From positions 59,254 to 123,253 of the forward strand of contig JAGYKR010000005.1 of the NCBI GenBank assembly GCA_018401375.1: DNA of 64,000 nt, read 5' to 3'. The notes beneath the pieces were generated by a model. That model did not search any database and was not told where the DNA came from. It saw nothing but the letters and a program-made list of their open reading frames with translations. Source of the DNA: Ilumatobacteraceae bacterium. GTDB lineage: Bacteria; Actinomycetota; Acidimicrobiia; Acidimicrobiales; Ilumatobacteraceae. This document shows, piece after piece, positions 8,996-19,125 of the stretch (its first letter is position 1; the number at the start of each line of letters is the position of its first letter). Position numbers and translations under genes: made by a program.

Positions 8996-9603
8996 CGTTG
9001 CCTACCTCTGTTATCAGAGTTGCCGGCACCAGAAATACCGGCATCAGAAAACTGGGTGAGGGCTTCGGTGGTGCCGAATGCCCGGATCGCTAACTTGGCC
9101 AATGCCGTCATCTCTGCACGGACCCGTTCGGGATTGTGAAGGTGCAGCACATGCACATAGATCGTGGTCGGGCGGCGCCGAACCTCAATAGTCAATGAGC
9201 CTGGCGTGAGGGTCAAAGCGTTCGCAATCAAGGTCACTACCGCATCGCTGCAATCCCGAAGGTCCAGAGCCAAAATCCCTGGCTTGATCGAGTTCCGTGG
9301 AGTCACCACTTCCCAGGCGAGCATCACATTGGATTGCACCACCTTGACGGCGAAATAGATCAGGAACCACAGTGCCCAGAGCGGGCGGATCCGCACGGCA
9401 CCTTGGGCTTCACGACCCGTCATTGGAAGCCTGGCCACGGTCAACACACCGATCGCTACCGCTACACCACCGAGCAGGTTCGCCCAAGTGAAACTCCCCC
9501 ACAGGGCCGACCACAGCAGCACAAACCACCCGATTAGCACGAGATTACGGGCCGGATGTTTGAACCAATAGGCCCAGATCGAACCCGATATCGGAGCGGT
9601 CAC
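8992..9603 (-). CDS. mnhE: Na+/H+ antiporter subunit E
   Basis: 203 aa. Membrane N-terminus followed by LTPGSLTIEV...IYVHVLH, typical of MnhE. Overlaps both neighbours by 4 nt. Confidence 0.8.
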   Translation of the reverse strand: MTAPISGSIWAYWFKHPARNLVLIGWFVLLWSALWGSFTWANLLGGVAVAIGVLTVARLPMTGREAQGAVRIRPLWALWFLIYFAVKVVQSNVMLAWEVVTPRNSIKPGILALDLRDCSDAVVTLIANALTLTPGSLTIEVRRRPTTIYVHVLHLHNPERVRAEMTALAKLAIRAFGTTEALTQFSDAGISGAGNSDNRGRQR

Positions 9604-11099
9604 GGACGACCTCCCATTACGGCAGAGACATACCTGATCGGCTCCAAAAGATCTTCTGCAGCACGCTCACTGAGCGAGTACAAGGGCCGCGCGAAGATCA
9701 TCACGGCCACACCGATCACCACGACCGCAGCGGTGGAGGCCATCATCAGCGCCGGCCCACCGAGCGTGTCGGAGGTGTCGGGGCGTTGGCGGGGCCGATC
9801 GTCAGGATCTCCCCAAAAAGCCCCGGCCCAGATTTTGGTCATCGAATACAAGGTGAGCAAAGACACGAATGCGGCTACGCCCACCACCACCCACTCAGAA
9901 GACTGCACCCCAGCATCAAACACAGCGAACTTGGCTACGAAACCACCGAACGGGGGCAGTCCGGCCAGGCTGAGCGCCGGTAGAGCAAACATCAGCCCTA
10001 ACAATGGCGCACCCCGGACCAATCCACCCACCTCTGACAGGCGTGAAGACCCGCCACGGCGCTCTACCAGGCCGGTCACCAGCAGTAATGAGGTCTTCAA
10101 GATGATGTTGTTAAAGGTGTAAAACACCGCAGCCGCAAGACCCGCCACAGTGAACAATCCGAGCGCAAAGATCATGTATCCGATCTGGCTGACGATGTGG
10201 AACGACAAGATCCGCTTCATATCGTCCTGTGCGATTGCGCCGAATACACCCACCGCCATGGTCAGCGAGGCAACCACCAGCAATAAGGTTCCGAGTTGCG
10301 CCTCCGCCGGGAACAGCAAGGTTTGGGTGCGGATGATGGCGTACACCCCGACCTTGGTTAACAACCCGGCGAAGATCGCCGTGACTGGTCCCGGGGCTGT
10401 GGGGTAGCTATCGGGCAGCCAAAAAAACAGCGGGAACAAACCGGCTTTGATACCGAACACCACGAGCAGTGCAACCGCAAACATCACCTGTGTGCCCTGC
10501 GGCAACTGGGGAATCCGGCCGGCCAGGTCAGCGAAGTTGACCGTCCCGGTGGCGGTGTACACCAAAGCCAAAACCACGATGAAAAAAGTGGAGGCAACCA
10601 GCGAAATCACCACATAGGTCATCCCGGATCGCACCTGATCAGCGCGACCACCCATGGTGATCAACACATAACTAGCCGCCAACATCATCTCGAAGGCCAC
10701 GAACAAGTTGAACAAGTCCCCGGTGGTCAAACTCGCGGCCACACCTGAGGCGAGCACCAAATACATCGGATGGAAAGCAACGTGTTGGCGTTCCACTCCC
10801 CCTTGGCCGATCGCAAAGATCAGCACCGCCAACAGCATCAACGCTGAGGTGACGAGCATGATCCCCGACAGGCGATCCACCACCAAGGAGATTCCGATCG
10901 GTGCGGGCCATCCTCCCGATTGGGCCACGAGGATGCCATCGCGATCAGCGCCGATCAACAATGCGATGCTGATCGCCGTGGTGCTGGCGAGCGCAACGAG
11001 GCCGATCACTCGTTGGGCTTGCCGTGACCGACCCACGATCACCGAAATCGCTGCTGCGAGGAGCGGAATCGCGATTGGAAGAGGAATCAGTGCTGTCAT
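9600..11099 (-). CDS. mnhD: Na+/H+ antiporter subunit D (NuoN/NuoL-like)
   Basis: 499 aa polytopic protein of the proton-conducting membrane transporter family. Confidence 0.9.
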   Translation of the reverse strand: MTALIPLPIAIPLLAAAISVIVGRSRQAQRVIGLVALASTTAISIALLIGADRDGILVAQSGGWPAPIGISLVVDRLSGIMLVTSALMLLAVLIFAIGQGGVERQHVAFHPMYLVLASGVAASLTTGDLFNLFVAFEMMLAASYVLITMGGRADQVRSGMTYVVISLVASTFFIVVLALVYTATGTVNFADLAGRIPQLPQGTQVMFAVALLVVFGIKAGLFPLFFWLPDSYPTAPGPVTAIFAGLLTKVGVYAIIRTQTLLFPAEAQLGTLLLVVASLTMAVGVFGAIAQDDMKRILSFHIVSQIGYMIFALGLFTVAGLAAAVFYTFNNIILKTSLLLVTGLVERRGGSSRLSEVGGLVRGAPLLGLMFALPALSLAGLPPFGGFVAKFAVFDAGVQSSEWVVVGVAAFVSLLTLYSMTKIWAGAFWGDPDDRPRQRPDTSDTLGGPALMMASTAAVVVIGVAVMIFARPLYSLSERAAEDLLEPIRYVSAVMGGRP

Positions 11100-11515
11100 C
11101 GACGGTCCTCTTCGGCGGCCTGGGCGGCCTCCGCGAGAATTTCATCGGCGATGTCGCGGTCCACGCGCTGTTGACGAGCGATGAAGCGGTCTTCCACGTC
11201 ATCTTCCACCACATCGTCGTTAGTGAGCTGCCATGACCGAAACCCGAGTGCGAGCAGGAACAGGGTGATTCCAAAGGTGATCACGATCGCCGTTAGGGCG
11301 AGGGCTTGAGGCAAAGGGTCACTAAAGCCGGCTGGGTCTCCGGTGCCGATCAACGGAGCCGTGCCGCGCCGACCACCCGAGACCATCAACAACATGTTCC
11401 CGGCGTGGCCGAGTAGACCCACGCCGATGATGATCCGCGACAGGCGGCGCTGCAACAGCAACCAAGTGCCACAGCCCACGAGGACAGCAGCCACAAAAGC
11501 CACCAAGACACTCAT
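11096..11515 (-). CDS. mnhC: Na+/H+ antiporter subunit C (NuoK-like)
   Basis: 139 aa with 3 TM helices (GVGLLGHAGNMLL) and an acidic tail. Confidence 0.85.
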   Translation of the reverse strand: MSVLVAFVAAVLVGCGTWLLLQRRLSRIIIGVGLLGHAGNMLLMVSGGRRGTAPLIGTGDPAGFSDPLPQALALTAIVITFGITLFLLALGFRSWQLTNDDVVEDDVEDRFIARQQRVDRDIADEILAEAAQAAEEDRR

Positions 11516-11537
11516 GAGAGATCCCTCATCTCAGGCC

Positions 11538-12086
11538 TCACAGCTGGTCCCTCCGGCTTCGACGCAACTGCAGTTCGCGAATTTGCTCAAGTTCGAAGAG
11601 GTCAGAGACCACCGAGTCCGCTTCTAAAGCATCGCCACGCACACTGGCTCCCACTGCTTCGTCAATGGCCTCGTCATCACCAAAGGCTTCGAACATCATC
11701 AGGATCAAACCGAGCACCACTAGGTACACCCCGATATCAAACGGCAGAGCAGAGGTGGCCTTGACCGTCCCCAAGATGGCGATATCGGCCTCCCAGGCCG
11801 CATGTTCAAGCAGAGCGTTACCCGACAGGATTGGCAGGATCGCAGTCAGCACACCGATCAGTAATCCGCCACCCATGATCGTCCACGGTCGCAGCGGGAA
11901 GGCGCGGCGCACCTCGGCTACTCCCCCCGCCACGTAACGGAACGAGATCGCCGCCCCAGCGGTCAGCCCGCCAACAAACCCGCCGCCGGGCTGATTGTGA
12001 CCGGCGAACAAGAAGTACAGCGAGAGCACGAGGATGCTGTGGAAGACCACGCGCACCGAGGTGTCCACCACTAACAACCGCTTCAT
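11538..12086 (-). CDS. mnhB: Na+/H+ antiporter subunit B
   Basis: The start is trimmed to MKRLLVVDTSVRVVFHSILVLSLYFLFAGHNQPGGGFVGG, the MnhB domain. Its ATG at 12086 overlaps the mnhA TGA (ATGA). Confidence 0.8.
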   Translation of the reverse strand: MKRLLVVDTSVRVVFHSILVLSLYFLFAGHNQPGGGFVGGLTAGAAISFRYVAGGVAEVRRAFPLRPWTIMGGGLLIGVLTAILPILSGNALLEHAAWEADIAILGTVKATSALPFDIGVYLVVLGLILMMFEAFGDDEAIDEAVGASVRGDALEADSVVSDLFELEQIRELQLRRSRRDQL

Positions 12087-14566
12087 TGATCCATCTCCCC
12101 CGCCACTGGAGCCGCCGATGGAACGGGTTCGTGTTCGCTCCATTCGTAGTCGGCCACCTCATCGGCGGCATCCGAGCCGAGCATCAAACGGCGCCGTCCC
12201 GCACGGGCCAACGCCACCGCACCCACTCCGGAAACCACCAACACGGTGATCTCACCCAAGGTGTCCAAACCGCGGAAGTCCACAAGAATCACGTTGACGA
12301 TGTTGTTGCCTTTGGCCTCAGGGGCACTCCGGGCGATCATCTCCACCGAGATGTTGGCTTCGCTCACCGAGTCACGGCTGCCAGCAGCGACAAGGGCCAG
12401 CACAAATACCGACACCGCCGCAGCCACCGAAACCGTCAACCGGATCGGGCGAGCCACAGCCGGACTGCGGTCGGCCCACCGGGTGGGCAAGAAGCGCAGC
12501 ACCAACACGAAGAGCACCGTGGCCAAGGTTTCGATTACGAGTTGGGTGAGGGCCAAATCCGGCGCTCCCTGAACGATGAAGAATCCCGCCATTGCGTAGC
12601 CGACTGCACCGAGCATCAGCGCCGCTGAGATCCGACGCTTCACGATCGAGGCTCCGAGGCTCGCGGCGATGACCAAAGCAGCCAAGGGCACATGGAGTGG
12701 CACGTCCACAAGCGGGGGCAGGTCCGACCAAGCCGATAGGGCAGGGATCAGCGGTGCGATCGCCACCACGCTGATGATGATCAACAAATAGATCGGGAGC
12801 GACCCGCTTTGCACCACGGCGGTCAATCGCTTGGAACCGTCGGTCACGCTGCGCAAAGCCACCAAGAACCCGCGTTCGGCACTCGGGATCCACGAGATCG
12901 CATCGGAGAACCTTCGCTGCAGCCGAGCCACGGGGGCTCGTTTCCAGACGAGCAACAATCCGACACCAATCACGAGTACCGACAGCCCGAGCGCCGCATT
13001 AAATCCGGCCCAGAGTTTCACGGTAGACGGAGAGGCCGTCGGATCAAGGGCGGTCGTTGCCGCAGCCACCAACGGATCCACGAGTCGGGGTGCGAGTCCG
13101 AGCAGCACAGTGAGCACCGTCAGCACCGCCGCTGGCCCGAGGAACATCGCCGAGGGAGCGTGGGCCTCCGCGCTCCGATTGGGCTTATCTGCCACACCGA
13201 AATGACCGAGCAGGCCGAGCACAAATCGGGCCGAATAGGCGAAGGTCAGCATCGACCCGACCACGATCACACCCAACACCACACCCGAACCGGTGAAGTC
13301 CCCGTATGTGATGTAGGTGTCGAGAGCCTTTTCCTTACCAACGAACCCCAGCAGCGGAGGAAGGCCCGCCATCGACGCCGCCGCCAAAATACCCACGACC
13401 ACCGTTGGGCGCCACGAACTACCAAAGCCGTGAAGTTCACGAATATCGCGGGTACCGACCTCATGGTCCACGATGCCCACCACCATAAACAGGGCCGCCT
13501 TAAACGCACCGTGGGCCAGGATCAGCACCACTGCCGCTTGAGCGATTTTGTACTCGCCGGTCCCAAACATCAGCATCAAGAAACCGAGTTGGCTGATCGT
13601 CCCGTAGGCCAGTAGCAGCTTGAGGTCATATTGGCGCATCGCCCGCAGACCACCGATCACCATGGTCACGGCCCCGACACTCAGCACCAGCACCCTCCAC
13701 TGGCCAGTGGTGGCCAGGATCGGGGCGAGGCGGGCTACCAGATACACACCGGCTTTGACCATCGTCGCCGAGTGCAAGTAGGCGCTAATCGGGGTTGGTG
13801 CCACCATCGCGCCAGGAAGCCAACTGCCAAACGGGGCTTGGGCGGATTTCGTGAACGCCCCGACCAGCACACAGATCACACCGGCGGCGATCACCCCGTC
13901 AGTAGGGGGATTGAGGAGAAGTTCGGAGATCAGATAGGTGCCCGCGCTCTGGCCGATGATGATCAGTCCGACCAACATCACCAGGCCACCGGCCCCCGTG
14001 ATCAGAATGGCCTGCAGCGCCGCAGCCCGGGCCCGCGGGTTGCGGTCATCGTTGCCGATCAGCAGATACGAAGTGATTGAGGTCAGCTCCCAGAACACGA
14101 ACAGCGCCAACAGATGGTCAGAAAGAACCACTCCGAGCATCGCTCCAGCGAACAAGGTCATCAGACCAGCGAGTCGGGCCGTGCCGGGCTTGGGATACGA
14201 GAAATATCCCATCGCATAGATGCAGACCATCAGGCCGATGCCTGAAACCAACGAAACCATCACCAGTCCGAAGCCATCGAGACGCAGGTCCAGTTGGAGG
14301 CCGAGCTGTTCCACCCACATCCAAGAGAAACTCACCGGCACACCGTCACTCATCCCCGAGCCACCACTGCTGGAGCCGATCACCCCGGAGGCCTGAGTGA
14401 TCGCCCAGCCGACTGTGAGAGCAGGAGCGAGCGCCGCCACTGCGAACGCTCGACGCCCCAGACGATCGCCGGACCCCAGAATCGCAACACCGATGGCAAG
14501 GTGAGTGAGGAGGATGAACAACAACATGAGGAAAGGGGTGATGACCAGATACCCAGCGGGAATCAA
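12083..14566 (-). CDS. mnhA: Na+/H+ antiporter subunit A (NuoL-like)
   Basis: 827 aa polytopic protein. It is the first gene of the mnhABCDEFG operon, and all seven genes are contiguous or overlapping. Confidence 0.9.
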   Translation of the reverse strand: MIPAGYLVITPFLMLLFILLTHLAIGVAILGSGDRLGRRAFAVAALAPALTVGWAITQASGVIGSSSGGSGMSDGVPVSFSWMWVEQLGLQLDLRLDGFGLVMVSLVSGIGLMVCIYAMGYFSYPKPGTARLAGLMTLFAGAMLGVVLSDHLLALFVFWELTSITSYLLIGNDDRNPRARAAALQAILITGAGGLVMLVGLIIIGQSAGTYLISELLLNPPTDGVIAAGVICVLVGAFTKSAQAPFGSWLPGAMVAPTPISAYLHSATMVKAGVYLVARLAPILATTGQWRVLVLSVGAVTMVIGGLRAMRQYDLKLLLAYGTISQLGFLMLMFGTGEYKIAQAAVVLILAHGAFKAALFMVVGIVDHEVGTRDIRELHGFGSSWRPTVVVGILAAASMAGLPPLLGFVGKEKALDTYITYGDFTGSGVVLGVIVVGSMLTFAYSARFVLGLLGHFGVADKPNRSAEAHAPSAMFLGPAAVLTVLTVLLGLAPRLVDPLVAAATTALDPTASPSTVKLWAGFNAALGLSVLVIGVGLLLVWKRAPVARLQRRFSDAISWIPSAERGFLVALRSVTDGSKRLTAVVQSGSLPIYLLIIISVVAIAPLIPALSAWSDLPPLVDVPLHVPLAALVIAASLGASIVKRRISAALMLGAVGYAMAGFFIVQGAPDLALTQLVIETLATVLFVLVLRFLPTRWADRSPAVARPIRLTVSVAAAVSVFVLALVAAGSRDSVSEANISVEMIARSAPEAKGNNIVNVILVDFRGLDTLGEITVLVVSGVGAVALARAGRRRLMLGSDAADEVADYEWSEHEPVPSAAPVAGEMDQ

Positions 14567-14661
14567 GGTGTCAAAACGAATCTAGCCCGGCAGATTGCGG
14601 GATGGGAGAACACAATCTGCGCGACCTCCACTTTGCCGAGTTACCCCTGAGTAACTAATAT

Positions 14662-15534
14662 TTGGAGATGACAGCGTCTCCAACCTCGATTCAACGCGTC
14701 GGCATTCTCGGATCCGGCATCATGGGAGCGGGCCTCGCCGAAGTGGTGGCGGCGGCAGGTCTCGATGTGGTTCTGCGCTCCCGGAAGGTCTCGGTAGCCA
14801 CGGAAGCGATCGACGGATTGCGATCCTCGCTGAATAAGCGAGTGGACCGTGGCCGCATGGAGGCCGAACAGCGCGATGCTCTCCTCGCCCGGATCTCGGT
14901 CACGGAGCATCTCACGGATCTCGCTAACTGCGATCTCGTGATCGAGAGCGTGGTGGAGGACCTCGAGATCAAAAAGGCACTGTTCGCGGAGCTCGGCCAA
15001 ATCCTCGGCCCCCACGCGATCATGGCCACCAACACCTCTACCTTGCCGGTGGTGGAGATGGCCGTGGCGAGCGGCGCTCCGGACCGGGTCTGCGGGATCC
15101 ATTTCTTTAACCCTGCGCCGATGATGTCTCTCGTGGAAGTGATCGCCCCGCTCACTGCCGCCGAAACCACAGTCGCCACAGCGATGGCCTTCGTCGCGAC
15201 CTGCGGCAAAGAGGCCGTTGCCGTGAAGGATCGCGCCGGTTTTATCGTTAACGCATTGCTGTTTCCTTATCTGAACAACGCAATCCGGATGTTCGAACTC
15301 GGCACGGCCACTGCAGCCGATATCGATACAGCGATGAAGGGTGGCTGTAACTTCCCGATGGGCCCGTTTGCCCTTTTGGATCTCGTTGGTCTCGACACCT
15401 CGTTATCGATCCTTGACGCGCTGCACGCCGAGTTCGGCGACCCCAACTACGCAGCGGTTCCACTGTTGCGTCGCCTCGTTGCTGCAGGCCATCTTGGCCG
15501 CAAGACTGGTCAAGGCTTCTACAGCTACTCCTGA
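14662..15534 (+). CDS. hbd: 3-hydroxybutyryl-CoA / 3-hydroxyacyl-CoA dehydrogenase
   Basis: 290 aa. VGILGSGIMGAGLAEV is the NAD-binding motif, with ATNTSTLPV and the C-terminal GRKTGQGFYSY. The start is uncertain: TTG at 14662 or ATG at 14668. Confidence 0.88.
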   Translation: MEMTASPTSIQRVGILGSGIMGAGLAEVVAAAGLDVVLRSRKVSVATEAIDGLRSSLNKRVDRGRMEAEQRDALLARISVTEHLTDLANCDLVIESVVEDLEIKKALFAELGQILGPHAIMATNTSTLPVVEMAVASGAPDRVCGIHFFNPAPMMSLVEVIAPLTAAETTVATAMAFVATCGKEAVAVKDRAGFIVNALLFPYLNNAIRMFELGTATAADIDTAMKGGCNFPMGPFALLDLVGLDTSLSILDALHAEFGDPNYAAVPLLRRLVAAGHLGRKTGQGFYSYS

Positions 15535-15612
15535 GCGGGTACCTGATCAACAATGTGATCTGGTTTCCACACAACGAGGGCTGCGGCCCGCACATGACGC
15601 TGATCTCGCCTG

Positions 15613-16338
15613 ATGCCACTCCAGCCTGACTTCTCCCCGTGGGCCTTCACCCAGGACCCTCCGCTCGATGAGCAAGGTCTCGTCTGCGTGGGTGCAGATC
15701 TTGAGCCGGGTACTTTGCTCGCTGCGTACCGAACCGGCCTGTTCCCCATGCCGTTGCCCGCCTCGTTGCTGCGCCGGGGCCAAATCGCTTGGTTCTCTCC
15801 TGATCCGCGCGGCGTCATTCCCCTCGACGGCCTACTCGTCACGAAGTCGCTGCGGCGCAGCCTTCGCCGCTATGAGGTCGTGATGGACCGGGACTTCGAT
15901 GCCGTGGTGGCGGCCTGCGCCGATCCGAATCGGCCCGGAGCTTGGATCAACGCCGCGATCCAAACTGCCTATGGCCGGCTCCACGAGCTTGGCTGGGCCC
16001 ACTCGATGGAGACCTATCTCGATGGGCAACTCGTCGGCGGCTTATACGGGGTGCGGATCAACGGGTTCTTCGCCGGCGAAGCGATGTTCCATCTCGCGAC
16101 CGATGCATCCAAGGTGGCCTTATGGCATCTCGTGACCTGGCTGAACTCCACGGGTGGTCTCCTCCTTGATGTCCAATGGACCACCCCGCATCTCATCTCG
16201 CTCGGCGCCGTGGATCTCCCCCGGACCGAGTACCTCGCTCGCTTGGCCGAAGCAGTCGCCGAACCCCAATCAGGTCCAGAGTCCACCCCCGAGATCTCAG
16301 CGAAAACCATGCCCCTTACTAGCGAAACCACTCCATGA
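15613..16338 (+). CDS. aat: leucyl/phenylalanyl-tRNA--protein transferase
   Basis: 241 aa. Contains YRTGLFPMP, WFSPDPRGVIPLD, HSMETYLDGQLVGGLYGVRINGFFAGEAMFH and PHLISLGA. Confidence 0.85.
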   Translation: MPLQPDFSPWAFTQDPPLDEQGLVCVGADLEPGTLLAAYRTGLFPMPLPASLLRRGQIAWFSPDPRGVIPLDGLLVTKSLRRSLRRYEVVMDRDFDAVVAACADPNRPGAWINAAIQTAYGRLHELGWAHSMETYLDGQLVGGLYGVRINGFFAGEAMFHLATDASKVALWHLVTWLNSTGGLLLDVQWTTPHLISLGAVDLPRTEYLARLAEAVAEPQSGPESTPEISAKTMPLTSETTP

Positions 16339-18338
16339 GAGAGCACACTTCAGTTATGAACGCACCAGATCGTCCGTGGATGATGCGCACCTACTCGGGC
16401 CACTCCACTGCTTCGGCCTCTAATGAGCTCTACCGCACCAACTTGTCCAAGGGACAAACCGGGCTGTCGATCGCGTTCGATCTGCCCACTCAGACCGGTT
16501 ACGACCCCGATTCAATCATGTCCAGTGGCGAGGTAGGCAAGGTCGGGGTCCCCGTGGCTCACCTCGGCCACATGCGCACACTGCTGGATCAGATCCCCCC
16601 GGATCAGATGAACACCTCAATGACCATCAATGCGACAGCTGCTTGGCTATTGGCCCTATATGTAGCTAACGCCGAGGAACAAGGGGTGACGCCGGCCCAG
16701 TTGCGCGGTACCACCCAAAACGACATCGTCAAGGAATACCTGTCTCGGGGCACCTACATTTTCCCGCCCGAGCCCTCCCGTCGATTAATCGTGGACATGA
16801 TCTCGTGGTGTGCGCACAACGCTCCGTTGTGGAACCCGATGAACGTGTGCTCCTATCACCTCCAAGAAGCCGGGGCCACGCCTGTCCAAGAGATCGCCTA
16901 TTCCCTCGCCACTGCGATCGGGGTGCTCGATGCGGTGCGCGATTCAGGCCAAGTCGCTCCGGAACAGTTCGCTCAGGTGTTTGGGTCCATCTCTTTCTTC
17001 GTTAACGCCGGGATCCGATTTGTGGAGGAGGTCTGCAAGATGCGGGCCTTCACGCAGATGTGGGATCAGATCGGCCTTGAGCGCTACGGGGTCACCGATC
17101 CCAAGGCGCGGCGGTTCCGTTACGGGGTGCAGGTCAACTCCCTCGGCCTGACCGAGGCCCAGCCGGAGAACAACGTGCAGCGCATCGTGCTCGAGATGCT
17201 CGGTGTCTCGCTGTCGCGTGACGCCCGTGCCCGCTCCATCCAGTTGCCGGCCTGGAACGAGGCGCTCGGTCTGCCCCGGCCGTGGGATCAGCAATGGTCG
17301 CTGCGCATGCAACAGGTACTGGCCTTTGAAACCGACCTCCTCGAGTACGAGGACATCTTCACCGGGTCGGTGGTAGTGGAAGGCAAGACCGCCCAGTTGA
17401 TCGCCGAGGCTCAAGCCGAACTCGATGACGTATTGGCTCAGGGCGGCGCCTTTGAAGCGGTGGAAGTGCTCAAGACCCGACTCGTCGGATCGATGGCTGA
17501 GCGCACCCGTCGCATCGAGGCCGGTGAGCAAAAAGTGATCGGGGTGAACTCATTTACCGAGACCGCCTCCTCGCCACTAGGTGGGAGTGGATCCATCTTG
17601 CGCGTGGACCCAGCCGTGGAAGCCGAGACCATCGCTGATGTTGATGCGTGGCGGATCAATCGTGACTCGGCAGCCGTGGAAACAGCTCTGGCCGAACTGC
17701 GTCGGGCCGCCCTTGATGGTCTGAACATCATGGAGCCATCGATCACCCTCGCCCGGGTTGGTGGGACCACCGGCGAATGGGGTGCGGTGATGCGCGAGGT
17801 GTTCGGCGAATATCGCGCCCCAACCGGGGTGGCCGGCGCTTCCCGAGGACATAGTTCTGCTCCCGCTGGAGAAGACACCGGCCGGGGCGGCCTCGCTGAG
17901 GTCGCGGCGTACATCCGCAGCTTGCCCGGTGGCCCTCCCCGACTACTCGTAGCCAAACCCGGTCTCGATGGACACTCCAATGGGGCAGAGCAGATCGCTG
18001 TCGCCGCTCGCGACGCCGGAATGGAAGTGATCTATTCGGGGATCCGATTGACCCCTGAGCAGATCGCTGCCTCAGCCCGTGACGAGGACCCCGACGTGAT
18101 CGGCTTGTCGATTCTGTCGGGATCGCACCTCCAACTCGTACCTGACGTGATGGCCCGCCTGGCCGCTTACGGGGTGGAGATCCCGGTGATCGTGGGCGGC
18201 ATCTTGCCCGAGGACGATCAGGCCACGCTTCTGGCCTCAGGCGTGACCGCTGTGTACACGCCCAAGGACTACGACATCTCTCGGATCATGCGTGAGATCG
18301 CCGAGATCGCCGCTGCCCACCGGGTGCCGGTCTCCTGA
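16335..18338 (+). CDS. ecm: ethylmalonyl-CoA mutase-type B12-dependent acyl-CoA mutase (single chain with a C-terminal B12-binding domain)
   Basis: 667 aa. DRPWMMRTYSGHSTASASNELYRTNLSKGQTGLSIAFDLPTQTGYDPD matches the Ecm/MeaA pattern rather than MCM (which has RQYAGFSTAEESN). The C-terminus carries GLDGHSNGAEQ, the DxHxxG-type cobalamin motif. Confidence 0.75.
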   Translation: MREHTSVMNAPDRPWMMRTYSGHSTASASNELYRTNLSKGQTGLSIAFDLPTQTGYDPDSIMSSGEVGKVGVPVAHLGHMRTLLDQIPPDQMNTSMTINATAAWLLALYVANAEEQGVTPAQLRGTTQNDIVKEYLSRGTYIFPPEPSRRLIVDMISWCAHNAPLWNPMNVCSYHLQEAGATPVQEIAYSLATAIGVLDAVRDSGQVAPEQFAQVFGSISFFVNAGIRFVEEVCKMRAFTQMWDQIGLERYGVTDPKARRFRYGVQVNSLGLTEAQPENNVQRIVLEMLGVSLSRDARARSIQLPAWNEALGLPRPWDQQWSLRMQQVLAFETDLLEYEDIFTGSVVVEGKTAQLIAEAQAELDDVLAQGGAFEAVEVLKTRLVGSMAERTRRIEAGEQKVIGVNSFTETASSPLGGSGSILRVDPAVEAETIADVDAWRINRDSAAVETALAELRRAALDGLNIMEPSITLARVGGTTGEWGAVMREVFGEYRAPTGVAGASRGHSSAPAGEDTGRGGLAEVAAYIRSLPGGPPRLLVAKPGLDGHSNGAEQIAVAARDAGMEVIYSGIRLTPEQIAASARDEDPDVIGLSILSGSHLQLVPDVMARLAAYGVEIPVIVGGILPEDDQATLLASGVTAVYTPKDYDISRIMREIAEIAAAHRVPVS

Positions 18339-18393
18339 ACCCCAACTATCGGGTTCTCGGAAGCGAGACGGCCGTCTGACGGCCAGATGCTGC

Positions 18394-19092
18394 TCAGACA
18401 CGGGCGGACAGTTGAGAGCCAATCCAACCCTCAAGTGTCGGACCGGACTCAAGACTGACGATAAGCGCGTAACGCGGAGCGCTACCTGGGTGCACCACCA
18501 CATGCCATAGCCGCTGCGTGTCCACCATGAACCGGGCACCCTTGGTCAAAGGGACGCGACGCTCCGTGGATCGATCGGGGAGGCCGTCAGCGTCGTTATC
18601 CATCAGCAACATGTAACTGTCGGGGTTATCGGTGAGTTCCAGCCACGTCCGGACCACCCATCCCTCATGCTCGGGATTGAAGCGGTTGTTATCGTCACGA
18701 TGGATTGACCGAATCGCTTGCTCACGATCCTGCGGATTGAGCTTGATGATCCGGACCCGGCCAAAGTTAACTCCCACCGATTCCACATAATTTTTGAGCG
18801 TGGGCGCAGCAGCGGCATTGGAGGTCCACAGGGCGTCCTTATCCGTCTTGCCCTTATCCCAGAATCCACGACAATCCAGTTCGCCGTCGGCGGAAGCTAA
18901 CGGGGCGAAGTTCGTATCGCCGCCACTCTTCCAATCCATATATTCGAGCGATTCGTATTCGCTGGCCGGCACCTCAAAAGGGGCCGGAGCCAACTCCACC
19001 AGACCGGTCTCACGCAAAATCTCGAGACGCGGATGCGCAGTGTCCAACGGGATCTTGACGCTCCAGTGTTCCGGTGTGGGCCAAAAGCTCAT
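18394..19092 (-). CDS. hypothetical protein, possibly aspartyl/asparaginyl beta-hydroxylase-like cupin
   Basis: 232 aa. IHRDDNNRF...VVRTWLEL...WHVVVH resembles the HxD...H iron-binding pattern of that family. The call is weak. Confidence 0.3.
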   Translation of the reverse strand: MSFWPTPEHWSVKIPLDTAHPRLEILRETGLVELAPAPFEVPASEYESLEYMDWKSGGDTNFAPLASADGELDCRGFWDKGKTDKDALWTSNAAAAPTLKNYVESVGVNFGRVRIIKLNPQDREQAIRSIHRDDNNRFNPEHEGWVVRTWLELTDNPDSYMLLMDNDADGLPDRSTERRVPLTKGARFMVDTQRLWHVVVHPGSAPRYALIVSLESGPTLEGWIGSQLSARV

Positions 19093-19125
19093 AACCCAAA
19101 GTGTATGCCTGTGCGACTGCCCGAA

